Position numbers and translations under genes: made by a program
Part shown: piece after piece, positions 1 to 14,287 of the stretch
Position numbering within the stretch: the first letter of the stretch is position 1
How the letters are laid out: each line of letters begins with the position of its first letter
Source: Piromyces finnis finn
Lineage: Eukaryota > Fungi > Neocallimastigomycota
Assembly (NCBI GenBank): GCA_002104945.1
Contig: MCFH01000083.1
Coordinates: forward strand, 1-64,000
Reading direction: 5' to 3'
Length of the DNA: 64,000 nucleotides
Notes under the pieces: model-generated
The model's database searches: none
Told to the model about the DNA's origin: nothing
Seen by the model: the letters and a program-made list of their open reading frames with translations, nothing else

Positions 1-333
1 CACCAATCATGGTTATTTGTGTGGTACCATTTACCAAATTCATCTTCATAATTAGATTGACAATGATCGCAACACACATAACCTATTCTAATTATAGACT
101 CTGGACAATCCTTACTAATTTCGAAGTCTTCTCCACCACAGCCACACCATTCGTTATTTTCAGCTCCCCAGTCACCATCAACATCAGTGTAAATAACATC
201 ACAAGGTTCTTTACAACATTTATAACCTAAATCTTTAACTCTTTGATAACAATTAGAAATTTTATTATCTCCATAAGAATGGACAGTAGCAATTATGGCA
301 GTAAAAAATAGTAATGGCGAAGAATAATTTCAT
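1..333 (-). pseudogene. Tandem-dockerin-only secreted miniprotein, copy 1 (3' end outside window; +1 A near the start)
   Basis: Matches 17949-18280. ATG at 333; an A6 run at 303-308 versus A5 in copy 2 shifts the frame, which may be a consensus error. Confidence 0.75.
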
Positions 334-1099
334 TTTTTTTTTTTTTATTAAATATAATTATTTAAAATTTTTATTTTTAATTTAAAAAAAAAGACTTATA
401 TATAGCTTTTTATATTAATAATATTTTTTTTAAATAAAAAACAAAAAAAAAATATACAAATAATTATTATAATTAATAATATATAATTACATATGTTACA
501 ATTTATATACTATATATATTATAGAATATATTTTATATTTGTATAGGCTTTATAATTGTTTATTGTATAATTATTATAATTATATGTATTGTTTATATAT
601 TGTATTGTAAATTGTATATATTTTAATTAGATATAAAGTCTCTTTTTTTTTTTTTTGTGAAACATAATTTATTGTTTCTTTTTTTTTTGTGAAACATAAT
701 TTATTGTTTCTAAGTTTCTAAACGAAATTGAATATTTTCAAAAATGGATACAAATAAATTAATTTATATTTAGAATCATAATATATATATATATTTTTTT
801 AATTATACTCAATTAATAATACTTTTTTTGTATATTATAATTTATGATTTTATATATGATTATATATATAAAATAATATAAATAATAAATAAAAATGCCA
901 TTAAAAATTTTTTATATTAAATTTTTAATATATAATATATATTTAATTTTATTATTATATATTGATATTATAATAACAAAAATAGATATAAATAAATTAA
1001 TGTTTGGCAAAAGTTTTGAAAAAACAAAAAAGATTGCAATTATTATAATTGTAAAATCCATATTCAACAAATTAAAGGGATAAAATAAAAATAAAAACC

Positions 1100-3142
1100 A
1101 TGATAAAATTAAAATTAATATTATTTTATATTACATTTATTTTTGCTTGGGTTAGACCATTTGATCTTGAATCATTTTTATCTATACCTGAAGGAATAAA
1201 CGAAGTATTTGAAAATAATCATATTTCTAATTCCGAAAATACCGGCGAAATAAGGGATATTTCTAATGATGATGTTTCTTATTCTAGTTTTACGGAAAAC
1301 ATTAATAAAAAATTAAAACGAGATTTGCATGAAGAACTAGATTATATTAAAATTTCAGAAGAATATCTTAAAAGTGTAACGTCTGTTGATTTTAAAATAA
1401 TTAAATGTAATGTGTTAAAAGATAATAATCTAGTTTCAATCCATTTTTACCAGGTTATTAAAGATATTACTGTAATAAATACTTATGCCGTGGTGAATGT
1501 TAATTATTATAATGGATCAATTATTAGTAGTAGATATTCTTTCTTCAATGAAACTACTAGTATTGATTCAGTTCAAGATATGAAAGAAATGCTATGCGAT
1601 ATAGTAAATTCATTTATAAAGTATTTGGGATATGAAAATAATAAAGGCAATCAAATGTTTATTGATTTCAATGAAGATGATAACGTATATGAAGTTTTTT
1701 AATGACAACTTTATGGAAGTTAATATTAAACTCAAATTATTGCTATATTGTTAATGAAGGGAAAGCAAATATTATTGTTGTCCTTTCATTAAAAGAAAAT
1801 GATAATTTTAAAAAATATATTTATATTAAGTCATCTAATGAATTTTATGAATTAAATGATAATAATGGAATTACAATGAACGTCGTCCCTTTAACCAATA
1901 ATAACATTCTTGAGGGTACAAAAATAATATATAATCCAGAATCTTTGGATTATTCTCCTCAAGGATGGAATAGGGAAAATAAGATTTATTATGAAGTAAC
2001 AATAGGAAATAATGTGCGTGTTATACGCATTCCAGCAGTAGGGATTTCAACCTCTTCATCTATGAACAGTCAAGGCTTATTTAATCATTATTATGACTAC
2101 AAAAGGGGAATTAATGATTCTAATAATACAGATTTTATTTTGGATAATATATTTTATGTAATGAATATGGCCCACGACATGTTCGCTTTTGCCGGATTTG
2201 ACGAAAAAGAAAAGAACATGCAGACCTATTATTTCAATTATAATAATCAAGAGAGAAATTATTATTCCAAGGGAGGTAACCTTCACGTTACCTTAAACCA
2301 TAATAAAAAATTTGAAAATGGTTCTAATAATATATGCGAATCTACTTACGACACAAACTTCAAGGAATCTAAAATTACTCTAGGAACCTTTTTTGTTAAC
2401 GGAGAAGTTAGAAGTTCTGGGTTAGATAATGGTGTATTAATTCATGAATATACACATTTAGTTTTTGAGCATTTAGTTAAAAATGATGAAGGTTTCAATT
2501 GTTCATTTAATAGAGAATCAGAATGCTTAAATGAAGGCACAGCCGATTTTTTTGCTGAAGCTTTTCATTATAAAAAAACTAATAATAAGAATGATGAATA
2601 TGTTATAGGTAAGTACCTTAATATCACAAGATATGCTGTTATATCATCCGATAAGAATGTTAGCCCTTTACATTATGGTGATTTTAACTATAGAAATGGA
2701 AATAGCAAGTACAAATATTTAGGAGGCGCTATTTGGCATTCTATGCTTCATGATGCTCTTTATAATCTCTGCGAAAAAATATAACTGCGAAGAAATCACA
2801 AGTGATAAGATTAGAAGATATGAAAATGATGAAGAACCACCCATGAACTATTTATTTATGAAATACATAATTGAAGCCTTAAAATTAACTGGATGCCAAC
2901 CAACATTCCTACAATTAAGAAATGAAATACTTAACCTATCTCTTAGTGACAAAAATATCAAAAATAATAAAGATGTCTACTGTCGTATCTATGCCGGATT
3001 TGCCAATAGATATTTTGGGGTCGATGCTGAAAAAATAAGGATAAGTTCTAATGATAGAGCTGTTTTAGCTGCGGGAAACGTCAGCAGTAAACTACCTTCT
3101 CTTTGTGGTAATGATTATGATTATTTAATTGAAAATATTTAA
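1100..3142 (+). pseudogene. M36 fungalysin metalloprotease 1, copy 1 (three +1 indels near 1700, 1741 and 2775)
   Basis: Signal peptide, propeptide, TIGNNV, NMAHDMF..AGFDE, HEYTH and LNEGTAD motifs. It is split across ORFs 1100-1702, 1702-2784 and 2750-3142; the consensus with copy 2 gives one 679-aa ORF. Confidence 0.85.
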
Positions 3143-3632
3143 ATACTTTATAAATATCTTTTGTTTAAAACAAAGTGATGTGATACAGTAAATAAAAGAA
3201 AAAAAGAAATAAATAAAATAAATAGTAGAATTAGAAGAAAAAAAAAGAAATAAATAAAATAAATAGTAGAATTAGAAGAAAAAAAAGAAATAAATAAAAT
3301 AAATAAAGGATTACGATTTAAAAATATAAATATTATTAAAGTAAATTTATTTACATGATTTTAAAAGATTTTTTTCACTTTTTTATTTATAATTTTATTA
3401 ATATTTTATTTTGAATGTATTAGCATTTATATTTATATTTCTTTTCATGATACATTTTTAATAAGGATAATTATTATTTTTTATTTTATTTTATTTTAAG
3501 TTATCATGTTTAATATCTTAATTGATAAATACTTTTTTTTGTTTATTTCATAAAATGTTAATATAAAAAGTATAAAAGAAATTATTATTATTTTTTTTGT
3601 TTGTAAATACATATTTAATCATTAAAGCCATT

Positions 3633-4004
3633 TTAGCTTTCTATTTTTTTTGGGCAAAATCTTTCATACTTTACACCGCATCTTCTGCCATCTTCCCAAG
3701 CCCATTTAATACCATCTTCTTTTTCTATTTCAGAATCGTAATGACATGTTCGGCAGCAGTTATAGCCTTTATAAAAAACTTCTGGTGGGCATTTTTGACT
3801 AGAACGGAAATCGCCTCCACAACCACACCACTCATTATTTTGAAATGCCCAATCACCATCATCATCAGTATAAATAACAGTACATGGTAGACTACAACAT
3901 AAATAACCGAGTCTTATAACGTCACCAGAGCAACGTGATATTTCAACACAAACACAGAAATTTATTATAGAAATTATAAATAAAATTAAATTTATTAATT
4001 TCAT
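3633..4004 (-). CDS. Secreted miniprotein with two fungal dockerin (CBM10-like) domains and no catalytic domain
   Basis: Signal peptide followed by [28 protein letters not shown] and a more divergent GYNCCRTC...[12 protein letters not shown]. Confidence 0.85.
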   Translation of the reverse strand: MKLINLILFIISIINFCVCVEISRCSGDVIRLGYLCCSLPCTVIYTDDDGDWAFQNNEWCGCGGDFRSSQKCPPEVFYKGYNCCRTCHYDSEIEKEDGIKWAWEDGRRCGVKYERFCPKKIES

Positions 4005-4971
4005 TTTTTTTTCCTATTTTTACTTTTTACTAATAGTGAATTAATATTCAATGCAAACGAAGATATATATTTTTCAATTTATGTATACATACATACATAC
4101 ATACATACATATGTATTTTATTTTATTTTATTTTATTTTTTTTTTTGAATTTTAAAAAAGTATTTTTATAGAACAATTTATATAAATTTTTAAAACTTTT
4201 TTTTTTGTATTTTATGAACATACAACAATCCATTTATTAATTTATTATTATTTCTGTATATATAATATATATAATATATATAAAGTTTAATTTATTATAT
4301 AATCTATAATAATATATGGAAATAATGGAAATAATATATTAAATATATCAAAATATCAAAAAAATAGATAAACATAAACAGAAAAAATAAACAAAATTGT
4401 TTTATATATGAGGATCATGGAAAATAAATTTAATAAAACTTTAATTTCTTTTTTTTTTTTTTTTAATTTATTTTGTACATAATTTACCCCTTTATGTTTT
4501 TTGTATATGCTACACAACTAGTTATTAATTTTTTTTTTCTTTTTTTAAAATAATATATTTATATATACACTTAATATATAGCAATAAATAATAGTAAAAT
4601 AATAAATTATAATATAAATATATATATTAAGTTAGATTTTTCTTTTTTCCTTTTAAAATAAAAAAAAATATATTAAATAGAAAATAGAAAAAATGTATAA
4701 ATATTTATTACAATAATAATTTTAAATAAATAAATAAATATAGATATTAATTTGTAATAAAGTATCTATTATTAAAAAAAAAAAAAAAAGTTTTTTGTAA
4801 TAATTATAATTTAATAACCAAAGAGAAATAATAAAAAGGTCTATTTATATTAATATTTTTTAAGTTGATGTTTTAAAATAATAAAGTAAAAGTTTTTAAT
4901 CATAAAAATAAAAAAATAAACATAAAATTAAAAGTTAAATTAATAAACAAAAACATAATTTCTTATTAAAA

Positions 4972-6166
4972 ATGAAAACCTCACAATTATTATTTTGTGT
5001 TATTTTTTTGGCAGCTTTATCTTTTATTAATGCTTCTAATTCTGATTATACCACTGTAAATGCCGCCGCTAAAACTATACCAGGTCAACCAACTGATCCT
5101 GCTGAAAAAGAAAAATTCTGTGAAGGTCGAACTCCTGTAACACCTTTACCTGGATATAAAGAAGAATGTCTTCGAGTAGGCGGAGTTTGGAAACTAAGAC
5201 ATGAATATTGTTTCGATACTTATTACTGTGATTATTCTGGAATAACAACAACTACAACAACCACCCTTCCTACCCTTAGAACAATACCAATTTTTACTAA
5301 ATCAAAACTAGCCACTACTTCCACCATAACTCTTTCAACAAGCACTGCGGAAATTATTGGTACTAGACCTCTTCCACTTTTTTCAACTTCTATTATCTCA
5401 ACCCCTACCAAGGCTATTCCTACCACTACTACTACCACTACTACCAAGGCTATTCCTACCACTACTACTACCACTACTACCAAGGCTATTCCTACCACTA
5501 CTACTACCACTACTACCAAGGCTATTCCTACCACTACTACTACCACTACTACCAAGGCTATTCCTACCACTACTACTACCACTACTACCAAGGCTATTCC
5601 TACCACTACTACTACCACTACTACCAAGGCTATTCCTACCACTACTACTACCACTACTACCAAGGCTATTCCTACCACTACTACTACCACTACTACCAAG
5701 GCTATTCCTACCACTACTACTACCACTACTACCAAGGCTATTCCTACCACTACTACTACCACTACTACCAAGGCTATTCCTACCACTACTACTACCACTA
5801 CTACCAAGGCTATTCCTACCACTACTACCACTACTACAAGCTATCTACACTACTACTACCACTACTACCAAGGCTATTCCTACCACTACTACTACCACTA
5901 CTACCAAGGCTATTCCTACCACTACTACTTCAACCAAAACTATAACAAGTAAACCAAGTGCATGTTCTTCAATTACTGTGACTGTTACTGAAATTGATAT
6001 TGTTACTATTACTGAAACAATTAAAGTAACATCAACTACTATTAATTATCAAAATTGTGCTATTAAATGGGGACAATGTGGTGGTGTAGGTTTTAACGGT
6101 CCTACATGTTGTCAATCAGGTTCAAAATGTGTATTTGTTAATGATTATTATTCTCAATGTATTTAA
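4972..6166 (+). pseudogene. Secreted Cys-rich module + Thr-rich linker + CBM1 protein, copy 1 (frameshift within the repeat near 5835-5850)
   Basis: Same as 22915-24117 but one garbled repeat unit is 8 nt short. The C-terminal CBM1 is [25 protein letters not shown]...YYSQC. Confidence 0.8.
5410..5929 (+). repeat. 36-bp coding tandem repeat ([12 protein letters not shown])
   Basis: Unit is aaggctattcctaccactactactaccactactacc. Confidence 0.95.
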
Positions 6167-6995
6167 TATATGGATTTTTTTTAAAGAAAATAATCTTATA
6201 ATGAAAAAAAAAAATTAATATTACTTAGCTTATATGAAAGGAAAAAAAATCTCTAGTAAATTAAAAATAAAATAAAAATAAAAAATGTTTTTTTTTTTTT
6301 AAATTGAATAAAAATAAAATAAATCAAGTCTAAACATCAAGACAAAACTAAATTAAACAAAACTAAAAAAAAAAATAATAGTGAATATAGGAATGAAAAA
6401 AGTAATGAAATATTCTATTAGAAAGTTAAGATAATTTAATAAAAATACAAAGTTACGACTAAAATAAACTTAAATAAATTGAAGGTTCCTTTTATTGTGT
6501 TATGAATATTCGGGTGTTCATATCATTTCTACTAAATTTTGAAAACAAAAAATGTATACATAATATATGCTAAAGTTAATAAAGCCACTAAATCAATATA
6601 TATTATAAATTATATATTATATATTAAAATAACTAACATAATCATTATATAATAATAATAATCATCAAAGTAACTCTCATTTATGATACATACATAAAAC
6701 AGATAATAAACCTTAATTATTCATTTATAATAGATTATAATAAAATAATTATTTATAATTTATATATATATATATATATATATAGATATATATATATATT
6801 TTTTTTGTACTCAAATTCTACAAATGACTCATCGTTTGTGTTTTATTTCAAAGAAATAAAAAATTAATATATTTCTATTATTCTATTAAATGTATATATA
6901 TTATAAATACAATTATAGGGTTAAAAAATATTTATATAAATATAAATAAGATATATAATAATCAATTTAAATATTCAAAAATAAATTACAAAAAA

Positions 6996-8964
6996 ATGAA
7001 GTTAAATATTATTTTAAGTATTATTCAATCTTTGTTGCCATTAAGCTTGGCTGCCACACTTAGGGAATCCGCCTCTCATGTAAAAGATATATACTTGCCT
7101 GACCCATCAGTTACCTATTACAATGACACTGAAGGCTACCCAAATCAAGATTTCGTCAAACATATAAATACTAATCATATTGATCCAAATACCCCGGATT
7201 ATCTTGAACAAATTTATGATTTTAGAAAAATTGCTACTGATTTTATCAATTATTCTTTTCCTGAACTAGAAATATCTGATTATTCAAGTATTACTTATGG
7301 AGAAAATTCTATTTTAGTGGGTTATCACAATAAACAAACTATTAATAGCATTCCAGTTTTGAACTCAGATATTACAATTACAATTAATGCTGAAACTGGA
7401 TTAATTATTAATAAAAGTTTTTTAACAATTAATAATGTTAGTGACGTAGAAACTTCCGATATATTGAATGCTGATGATATAACTAAAAAAATAAATCTAA
7501 TAGAAGCAATAAATATTATTACTAAAGAATATGAATTATTTGAAGATGAATTTAACTATAATGATGTTATTTTCACACAAGATCCAATCGAAAAAGGAAT
7601 TATTATAAAAAATGTACCATTTACTACAGATAAGAAAATTATTGCCAAGATGGGTATTATGGTACAAAAGAAGAAAATGAAGAAACAAAATTAAATTTAA
7701 TTTGGAATATTAAATTTAATTATGAGTATCAATATTATACTATTCAATATGATATTCCCCAAAAAAAAATACTAACCGTTTATGATAATATAAGTAACTT
7801 AAATGTTATTCCATATGACAATATGGGAACTATTGATGGGGATGATTGGTACTTTAAAATAATCGAAAACGCCTTTATTAAAAATGCTTCACCAAACGGC
7901 TGGAATAAAGTTGGAAATATCAATTATTATGTTACAATGGGCAATAATGCACGAGTATATTCAAACATTGAAAATCGTGAAACAATTGCTGATTATAACC
8001 AACAATTTAATTTCAGATATAATAAAAACTTTAGTAATGATAAAAACAAAGAAGCTAGTGTAACCAATACATTTTATCTTATCAATTTAATGCATGATAT
8101 ATTTTTTAATCTTGGATTTACTGAAGAAAAAGGTAATTTCCAAGTTGAAAATTATTCAGGAAAAGGTATTGGTAATGATCCAATGACTGTTATTATTCAT
8201 AACTATCATTTTGCTTCTGACGCAGTAGAAATGAATGGTAAAGATCTTGTAAGAAAATACTTTTACCAAAATTGTCCGTTTATGTGTACATCTACACCTT
8301 CCGATGGACAATATCCAATAATTCATATGACTAATTTAGATTATGCTACTGCTAATCATGGAATTATTCATGAATACACCCATGCAGTTACTCGAAGAAT
8401 GTCATCCTATGGTAGAAACGATAATTGCTTTTCCGATGGTAATTCCAGCGAAATGAATGAAGCACTCAGTGAATTTTTCGCATCTTCTATTGCTTTTAAG
8501 AAAAAAAACAATCCAACTAAATTTGGTGATTTGTATACTGTACCAGATATAAGTAAGTATGCTCACGCTTTTGGGGAATTTTTTGCTGGTGCTCTAAGTG
8601 ACGCTTTTTTCTTAGTTTGTGATTATTATAGATGTGATCCAAATATGTTACAAGAATTTGGTAATATGGAATTGTATGAACTTCCATATAATGTAATCTT
8701 CTTGACCAATGTTTTAAATGCTTTATACATGTTACTTGCAAGCCATATTATATTGATTTAAGAAATGCTATTATCGAAGAAGCTGAGAATAATTATATAA
8801 TTAGAGACGACAAATTCTTTAAATGTTTATTGTGGATTGGTTTTGCTAAAAGAGGTCTTGGCTATAACGCTAATAATGAAATAGAATATAGAAATGGAAA
8901 TTATCATTATATCAACAATTATGATGTTCCAGAAAGTTGTAAAGATTATTCCTATTTAATTTAA
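6996..8964 (+). pseudogene. M36 fungalysin 2, copy 1 (two 1-nt deletions near 7652 and 8727)
   Basis: Matches the intact ORF 24948-26918 except ATGGG vs ATGGGG and TTATACAT vs TTATCACAT. Confidence 0.85.
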
Positions 8965-9059
8965 TATAATATAATATAATATAATATAATTATATGATAT
9001 ATTTATTCCTATTTTATTAAAGAAGATCAAATCACAAAATAATAAAATATTAAAAATAA

Positions 9060-9330
9060 TATAAAATATAAAATAAAGTGATAGAATATAAAGTATAAAA
9101 TATAAAATTTAAAATAAAATATAAAATATATAAAGTATAAAATAAGGTGATAGAATATAAAGTATGAAATATAAAATATAAAATAAAATGATAAAATATA
9201 AGATATAAAATATAAAATATAGTGATAGAATATAAAGTATGAAATATAAAATATAAAATAAAATGATAAAATATAAGATATAAAATATAGTGATAGAATA
9301 TAAAGTATGAAATATAAAATATATAATAGT
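9060..9330 (+). repeat. AT-rich minisatellite 3' of fungalysin 2 (GTGATAGAATATAAAGTATGAAATATAAAATATA-containing units)
   Basis: Five GTGATAGAATATAAAGTA starts; the same array recurs at ~27015-27280. Confidence 0.8.
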
Positions 9331-11879
9331 ATTTACATTTAATTAAAATGATTAATTTTAATAAAAAAGAATATTTTAAAAAAATTTTAAATTTTAAAGT
9401 AAGGGAATTATCAATCACAATTTAATATAAAATAGATTTTTTTAAAAAACTCTTTCTTTATGAGAAAGATATATTATTTTTTTATATATATTTTTATAAA
9501 TTCATTAAAATGAAATTTGTTTAAACTTATTTTATCATGTTTTACCATAAATTATCAAATTTTGATATAAAAATATGAATAATATTTTTATTGGTATATG
9601 AAGAAAATATTTATTTATTCTTATTCCATTTTTATATAATATATAACCTGAAAAGATTAGTATAATATTCTATTTGTATTATTATTGTAATATTACTTTT
9701 TGTTATGATAATTTTATTTTATAATGTTACATTCCATATATTTTAATAAAATTTTATTTTTTATAATTTTTTAACATGGAATATTTCAATATTCTTTAAA
9801 AAAAAAAAGATAAAAATCATTTTTATTATAGTCAAATTTTTATATTTTATTTTATCTGAGATTTTTATAAATTTTATTGTTTTATACTTTATTTATTCAT
9901 TTTCTGAATTAGTTATTATGTAAACATAACATGTTATTCATATTTTCATATAATATTTAATTTTACTGTATTTTCTTTTATGTACATTAGACCATTCTTT
10001 ATCAATTTTATTTATTAATGCTAAATGTAGAAATTATGAAATATTTTTTAAAGATAATAGCAATATATTTTTATCACTAAAGTTTAGGATTAATTTCAAT
10101 AACTTTTTTTTATTATTGAAACAAATATATATATATAAAAAAAAAAAAATAGTTGATTTTATTATTATAAATGATATATCAATTATTAATAGACAGTACA
10201 GTCTAGATTCTTTAAGATCATTCTTCGATTTTCAATCTGTCATTACAATAAAAATTGTATCGCGTATAATAATTGTAATAATTAAATCGATTAAATATCT
10301 ATCTGTTTCTTTTCAAGAAGTAAAAGGAATTTGGGATTTAAAAGCAACTATATATCCCGTATTATTCTTCGAAATTATAACCTATTATATCCGGAAAAAG
10401 ACTTCTTTACTTCTTTATACGCAAATCACTTAAAATATAAACTAAAGGTTATAAATAATAATAATATTATTAATTTATTTTTATATTTTAAGTTTATGGA
10501 ACAAATATAAATGCTTCATTGAAAATGGTCTCAAACTAAATATAAAAATTAAGAAAAATCAAGTCAAGCATCATACAAAGCTTGAAGTATTTAATTAGCT
10601 GAATTTCTATTCAGTTTATTTGGTAATTTTTATTGATAATTTCAGTTTTTTAATAGAAAATAATTTCTTTGAATTAGATTATGAATACTAGATTATTTTA
10701 TATGTATAATTTCTACTTGATTTTAGGGGTAGGAGAATTTGAAAGATATATACTAAATTTGATAAACAAGTAAATTAAAATTATCTGGATTATACTAACT
10801 TTTATTCATGTTTTAAGTATACATTAATTAATTAAATTTATTATGTTTAATAATATAAATATTAAGAAGACTTATGGTCAACTTGTTAAGAAGATATTCC
10901 AAAAAAAAAAAAGTATAATAATAGTAACGGCGATAAAAATAATATAATGATAGTGTAAACTCCAATTTTATTAATTTAAATAATTCTATTCATTTAAATA
11001 ATCAAATAACTAAGTGATTAATACAAATTTTAATTATGCAATTAATAAATACATATTATTTATAATAGAATTGGAATTGTTAGATTCATTCTTAGAAAGA
11101 ATAATTAGAATTAATAATTAATAATATGGTTGAAAGAAATGGGTAAGAATAAAATTAAATGAAATAATTAATCAATACAACCATTTTTTTTTTTTTTTGT
11201 TGTTGTTGTTGTTGTTATAGAAATATTTCTTAGTAATTTATTTATATTTTTATTGGGTAGCATTGGTTAACATTTAGTAGATATAAAGCAACAAGAAGTA
11301 AAAATGCCCGGTAGGAACAACTTTGCTGATAATGATCATTATTTTGTTCTATTGTATATAATTAAAATTCTTCAAGTGTTAACAAAACATTTCCATTATA
11401 ATTATTATAATACCTAAAACTCTAAAATAAATTCGATTATCAATTATAAATTTATTTCCATGTGGAATCATAAATATGTAAATTTAAATATATAATATAT
11501 AATATATAATATATATTAATATAAGTATTATAATCTATCATATATATTAATTCCAAAAACAATATATTAATTTAAATTATAAATTTAATTTTGGTTTATT
11601 AAGAATTAAAACTTTTTTTAATGAAACTTTATTAATTTATGAATTTGTGTTACGTTTCCGAAATTATATTAAATTTATTTTCCTTTTTTTTTTTTTTTTT
11701 TTTTTTATTATTATATTAAATTTTTAATAGATTTTAAAAAGTCTAATATATATTTAATATATGAAATTTATATTTCTTATTATATTAACAATATATCAAG
11801 GAAATAAATATAAAAGAAAAAAGAAAATACACTAATTTTTTTTATTTATTTAAAATATAACTTTATAATTATTGATTTA

Positions 11880-11917
<38 letters not shown>

Positions 11918-12019
11918 TATAATATTTAAACTAAAAATAAAAAAGTAGAATTGAAATTATAACTTAGATATACTAAATTAGGAAAAGCAAAGAAAAGAAA
12001 AGAAAGTAAAATAAAATTC

Positions 12020-12050
<31 letters not shown>

Positions 12051-12063
12051 TTAAAATAGTATA

Positions 12064-12792
12064 ATGACAAAGTTATTTTTTCTATTTATTTTATCTATAC
12101 TACTTATAAAGGTTTTCTGTAATGATAAATTTGATGATATACCTAGAGAAGAAATTTATAAATTAGTAGAAGGTCATATATCTAAAAAGTATGGTAAAAG
12201 TTTAGATTACATATATAATGCCTATGTTCCAGATAGCCGTGCTAAAGCTTTTTATATTGAAGTTACACAACTTGCTAACGGTTATAGTATAGGAGAAAAA
12301 GCAAAGATTTATATCAAACTTAAGGATTACACTCTTTCTGATAACCTTGATTTTGTATTAAATGATTACACTATTACTGATAATTTGGAATTTGTATCGA
12401 GTGGTAATGAAAGATATATTGAAGGTAAAGAACCTATGAATCTCGAAGAATTTATTCAATTTTTCATTGATAAAAAATTTGGTGGACAATATAAAGCAGA
12501 TTTAAGTAAATATATAATACAAGAAGGAGGAGGGGATAGTAAAGGAGAACCCCACTATTATACTTTAACTAATGTAGATTTCATTAATGAAGCTGATTTA
12601 GGTTACAAAAATAATGAATTCACAGTTTATGAATTTTATCAACACGTTCCAGGATATACTGATCTTTATGAATTATATTATTACGCTGGAACTAATTATC
12701 GAGAAAAAGACTGTAATGGATATATTGCTTATGGTGTGTTTGCTTATACTCGTGAAGTTAAAGTTGATGAATTATTCTGCTATAGAGGATAA
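12064..12792 (+). CDS. Secreted 242-aa protein resembling a free-standing M36 propeptide (FTP/PepSY-like), copy 1
   Basis: Signal peptide; QLANGYSI, PMNLEEFIQFF and TNVDFINEADLGY are collinear with propeptide motifs of fungalysin 2; no HEXXH. The CDS is solid, but the homology call is by eye. Confidence 0.6.
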   Translation: MTKLFFLFILSILLIKVFCNDKFDDIPREEIYKLVEGHISKKYGKSLDYIYNAYVPDSRAKAFYIEVTQLANGYSIGEKAKIYIKLKDYTLSDNLDFVLNDYTITDNLEFVSSGNERYIEGKEPMNLEEFIQFFIDKKFGGQYKADLSKYIIQEGGGDSKGEPHYYTLTNVDFINEADLGYKNNEFTVYEFYQHVPGYTDLYELYYYAGTNYREKDCNGYIAYGVFAYTREVKVDELFCYRG

Positions 12793-13166
12793 ATAAAAAA
12801 AAAAAAAAAGACATTATATCAATTATTATTTCATTTTAAAAAAAAAAAAAAATCGATAAATTAAAAATAAACTTCTTATTAAAGAAGATGAACAGAGAAA
12901 TAAATAAAAAATAAAACTAAAAGATTATAAGACTATATATAATATAAATTTCATGAATATAAAAAAATATATAATAAATACAATGTTTATTTTATAAATT
13001 ATATCATATTATCATATGTTGAATTATTATATAAAGGTATATTATAATATATATTTAAAAAAGTATATATAATATATATAGAAATATTAAAAATTCACGT
13101 TTTTATATAATTTATTTAAGTAATAAAATAAAAGTTTTACCTAAAAGATAGTAAATAAAAATGATG

Positions 13167-13208
<42 letters not shown>

Positions 13209-14254
13209 ATAATAAATGTATATATATAAGAGCAAAAATAAAACAATAAATAAAATTATTAAAAAATATATGTATGTAAAAATTTTATTTTAAGCATAAT
13301 TCTATTGTGAGCTATTTACTTTAAATATTTTTAAAATATAATAGTAACATGATAATAAATACTATTTAATTTTTATAATATTGATTATTATTTCAAAATA
13401 AATCTTGTATAATATGTTATAGAGAGCGTTTTTATACAAAAACCCTCGTATATTACTACAATATAATATATATATATATTTTCTTCTATTCTTAAAATAT
13501 CACTGTGATAACTGTGATATTTCAATTAATTAATTGATAATTGATGAAATCGATATTTGCATTAATACTCTTATTCCTCTTATTCTATTTTGTAGTAAAG
13601 ATATATAACAACAAATTTCACATAAATTTTTTCTTTAAGGGTTAAAATTTTAATCATTTCATTTAATAATTAATTATTATTTCAATAATGTAATAATGTA
13701 ATACATTAAAAATGTAATACTGAATTAAATTCATAACATAATATAGAAAGCAAAGTTTAAAATTTAAAAAATATTAAGATATTAAAACAAAATAGATACA
13801 ATATATATCACTTGTAGTATTTAGTATTGAATGAATTTCAATATACCAAAAAATAGCATTAAAATGTACAATTTTTATAGCCCTTTTATTATTTCAAAGT
13901 CTCATGGTCTCATGTAATATTAATTAAATAAAAATTATCTCAAAATGAATATATTTTTCACATATAATTTTTATATGTGTTGTTAATAAGTAAAATTTTT
14001 ATTTTTAATTATACCATTATTCTTATATAAATTATATAATTTTCTTTATTTTTTATTGATATATTGCCTGTGTTTACACTGGTTTAAAATATTTATATAT
14101 ATAAATGAAATAATAACAATATACAATAATTAAAACTAACCCTTTAATTATCTTTTAGAAATAGTAAATATTAAAAAGATGATATAATATGATTAAAATT
14201 ATAAATAATTCTTTAGGTATTATATATATATTTATTATATTTAATTATTTACAA

Positions 14255-14287
<33 letters not shown>

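Noticed and set aside
3185-3310. Short direct repeat AAAAAAAGAAATAAATAAAATAAATAGTAGAATTAGAAG and microsatellites (TACA, TA, TAA, GTT, poly-A/T)
   Set aside because: Ordinary slippage repeats in AT-rich intergenic DNA.
5232-6166. Poly-Val and Leu/Pro ORFs (also 15797-16618, 15807-16616, 23175-23896)
   Set aside because: These are alternate-frame or antisense shadows of the Thr-rich coding repeats; only the CBM1 tail of 5357-6166 is real.
9050-9418. 122-aa Tyr/Ile/Phe-rich ORF
   Set aside because: It is a TTG/GTG-type open frame across an AT minisatellite with no protein-like features.
10116-10433. Slightly GC-richer patch and a 105-aa ORF (also near 28075-28390)
   Set aside because: No recognisable motif in the frames read and no ATG start. 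It may be a decayed remnant but cannot be supported.
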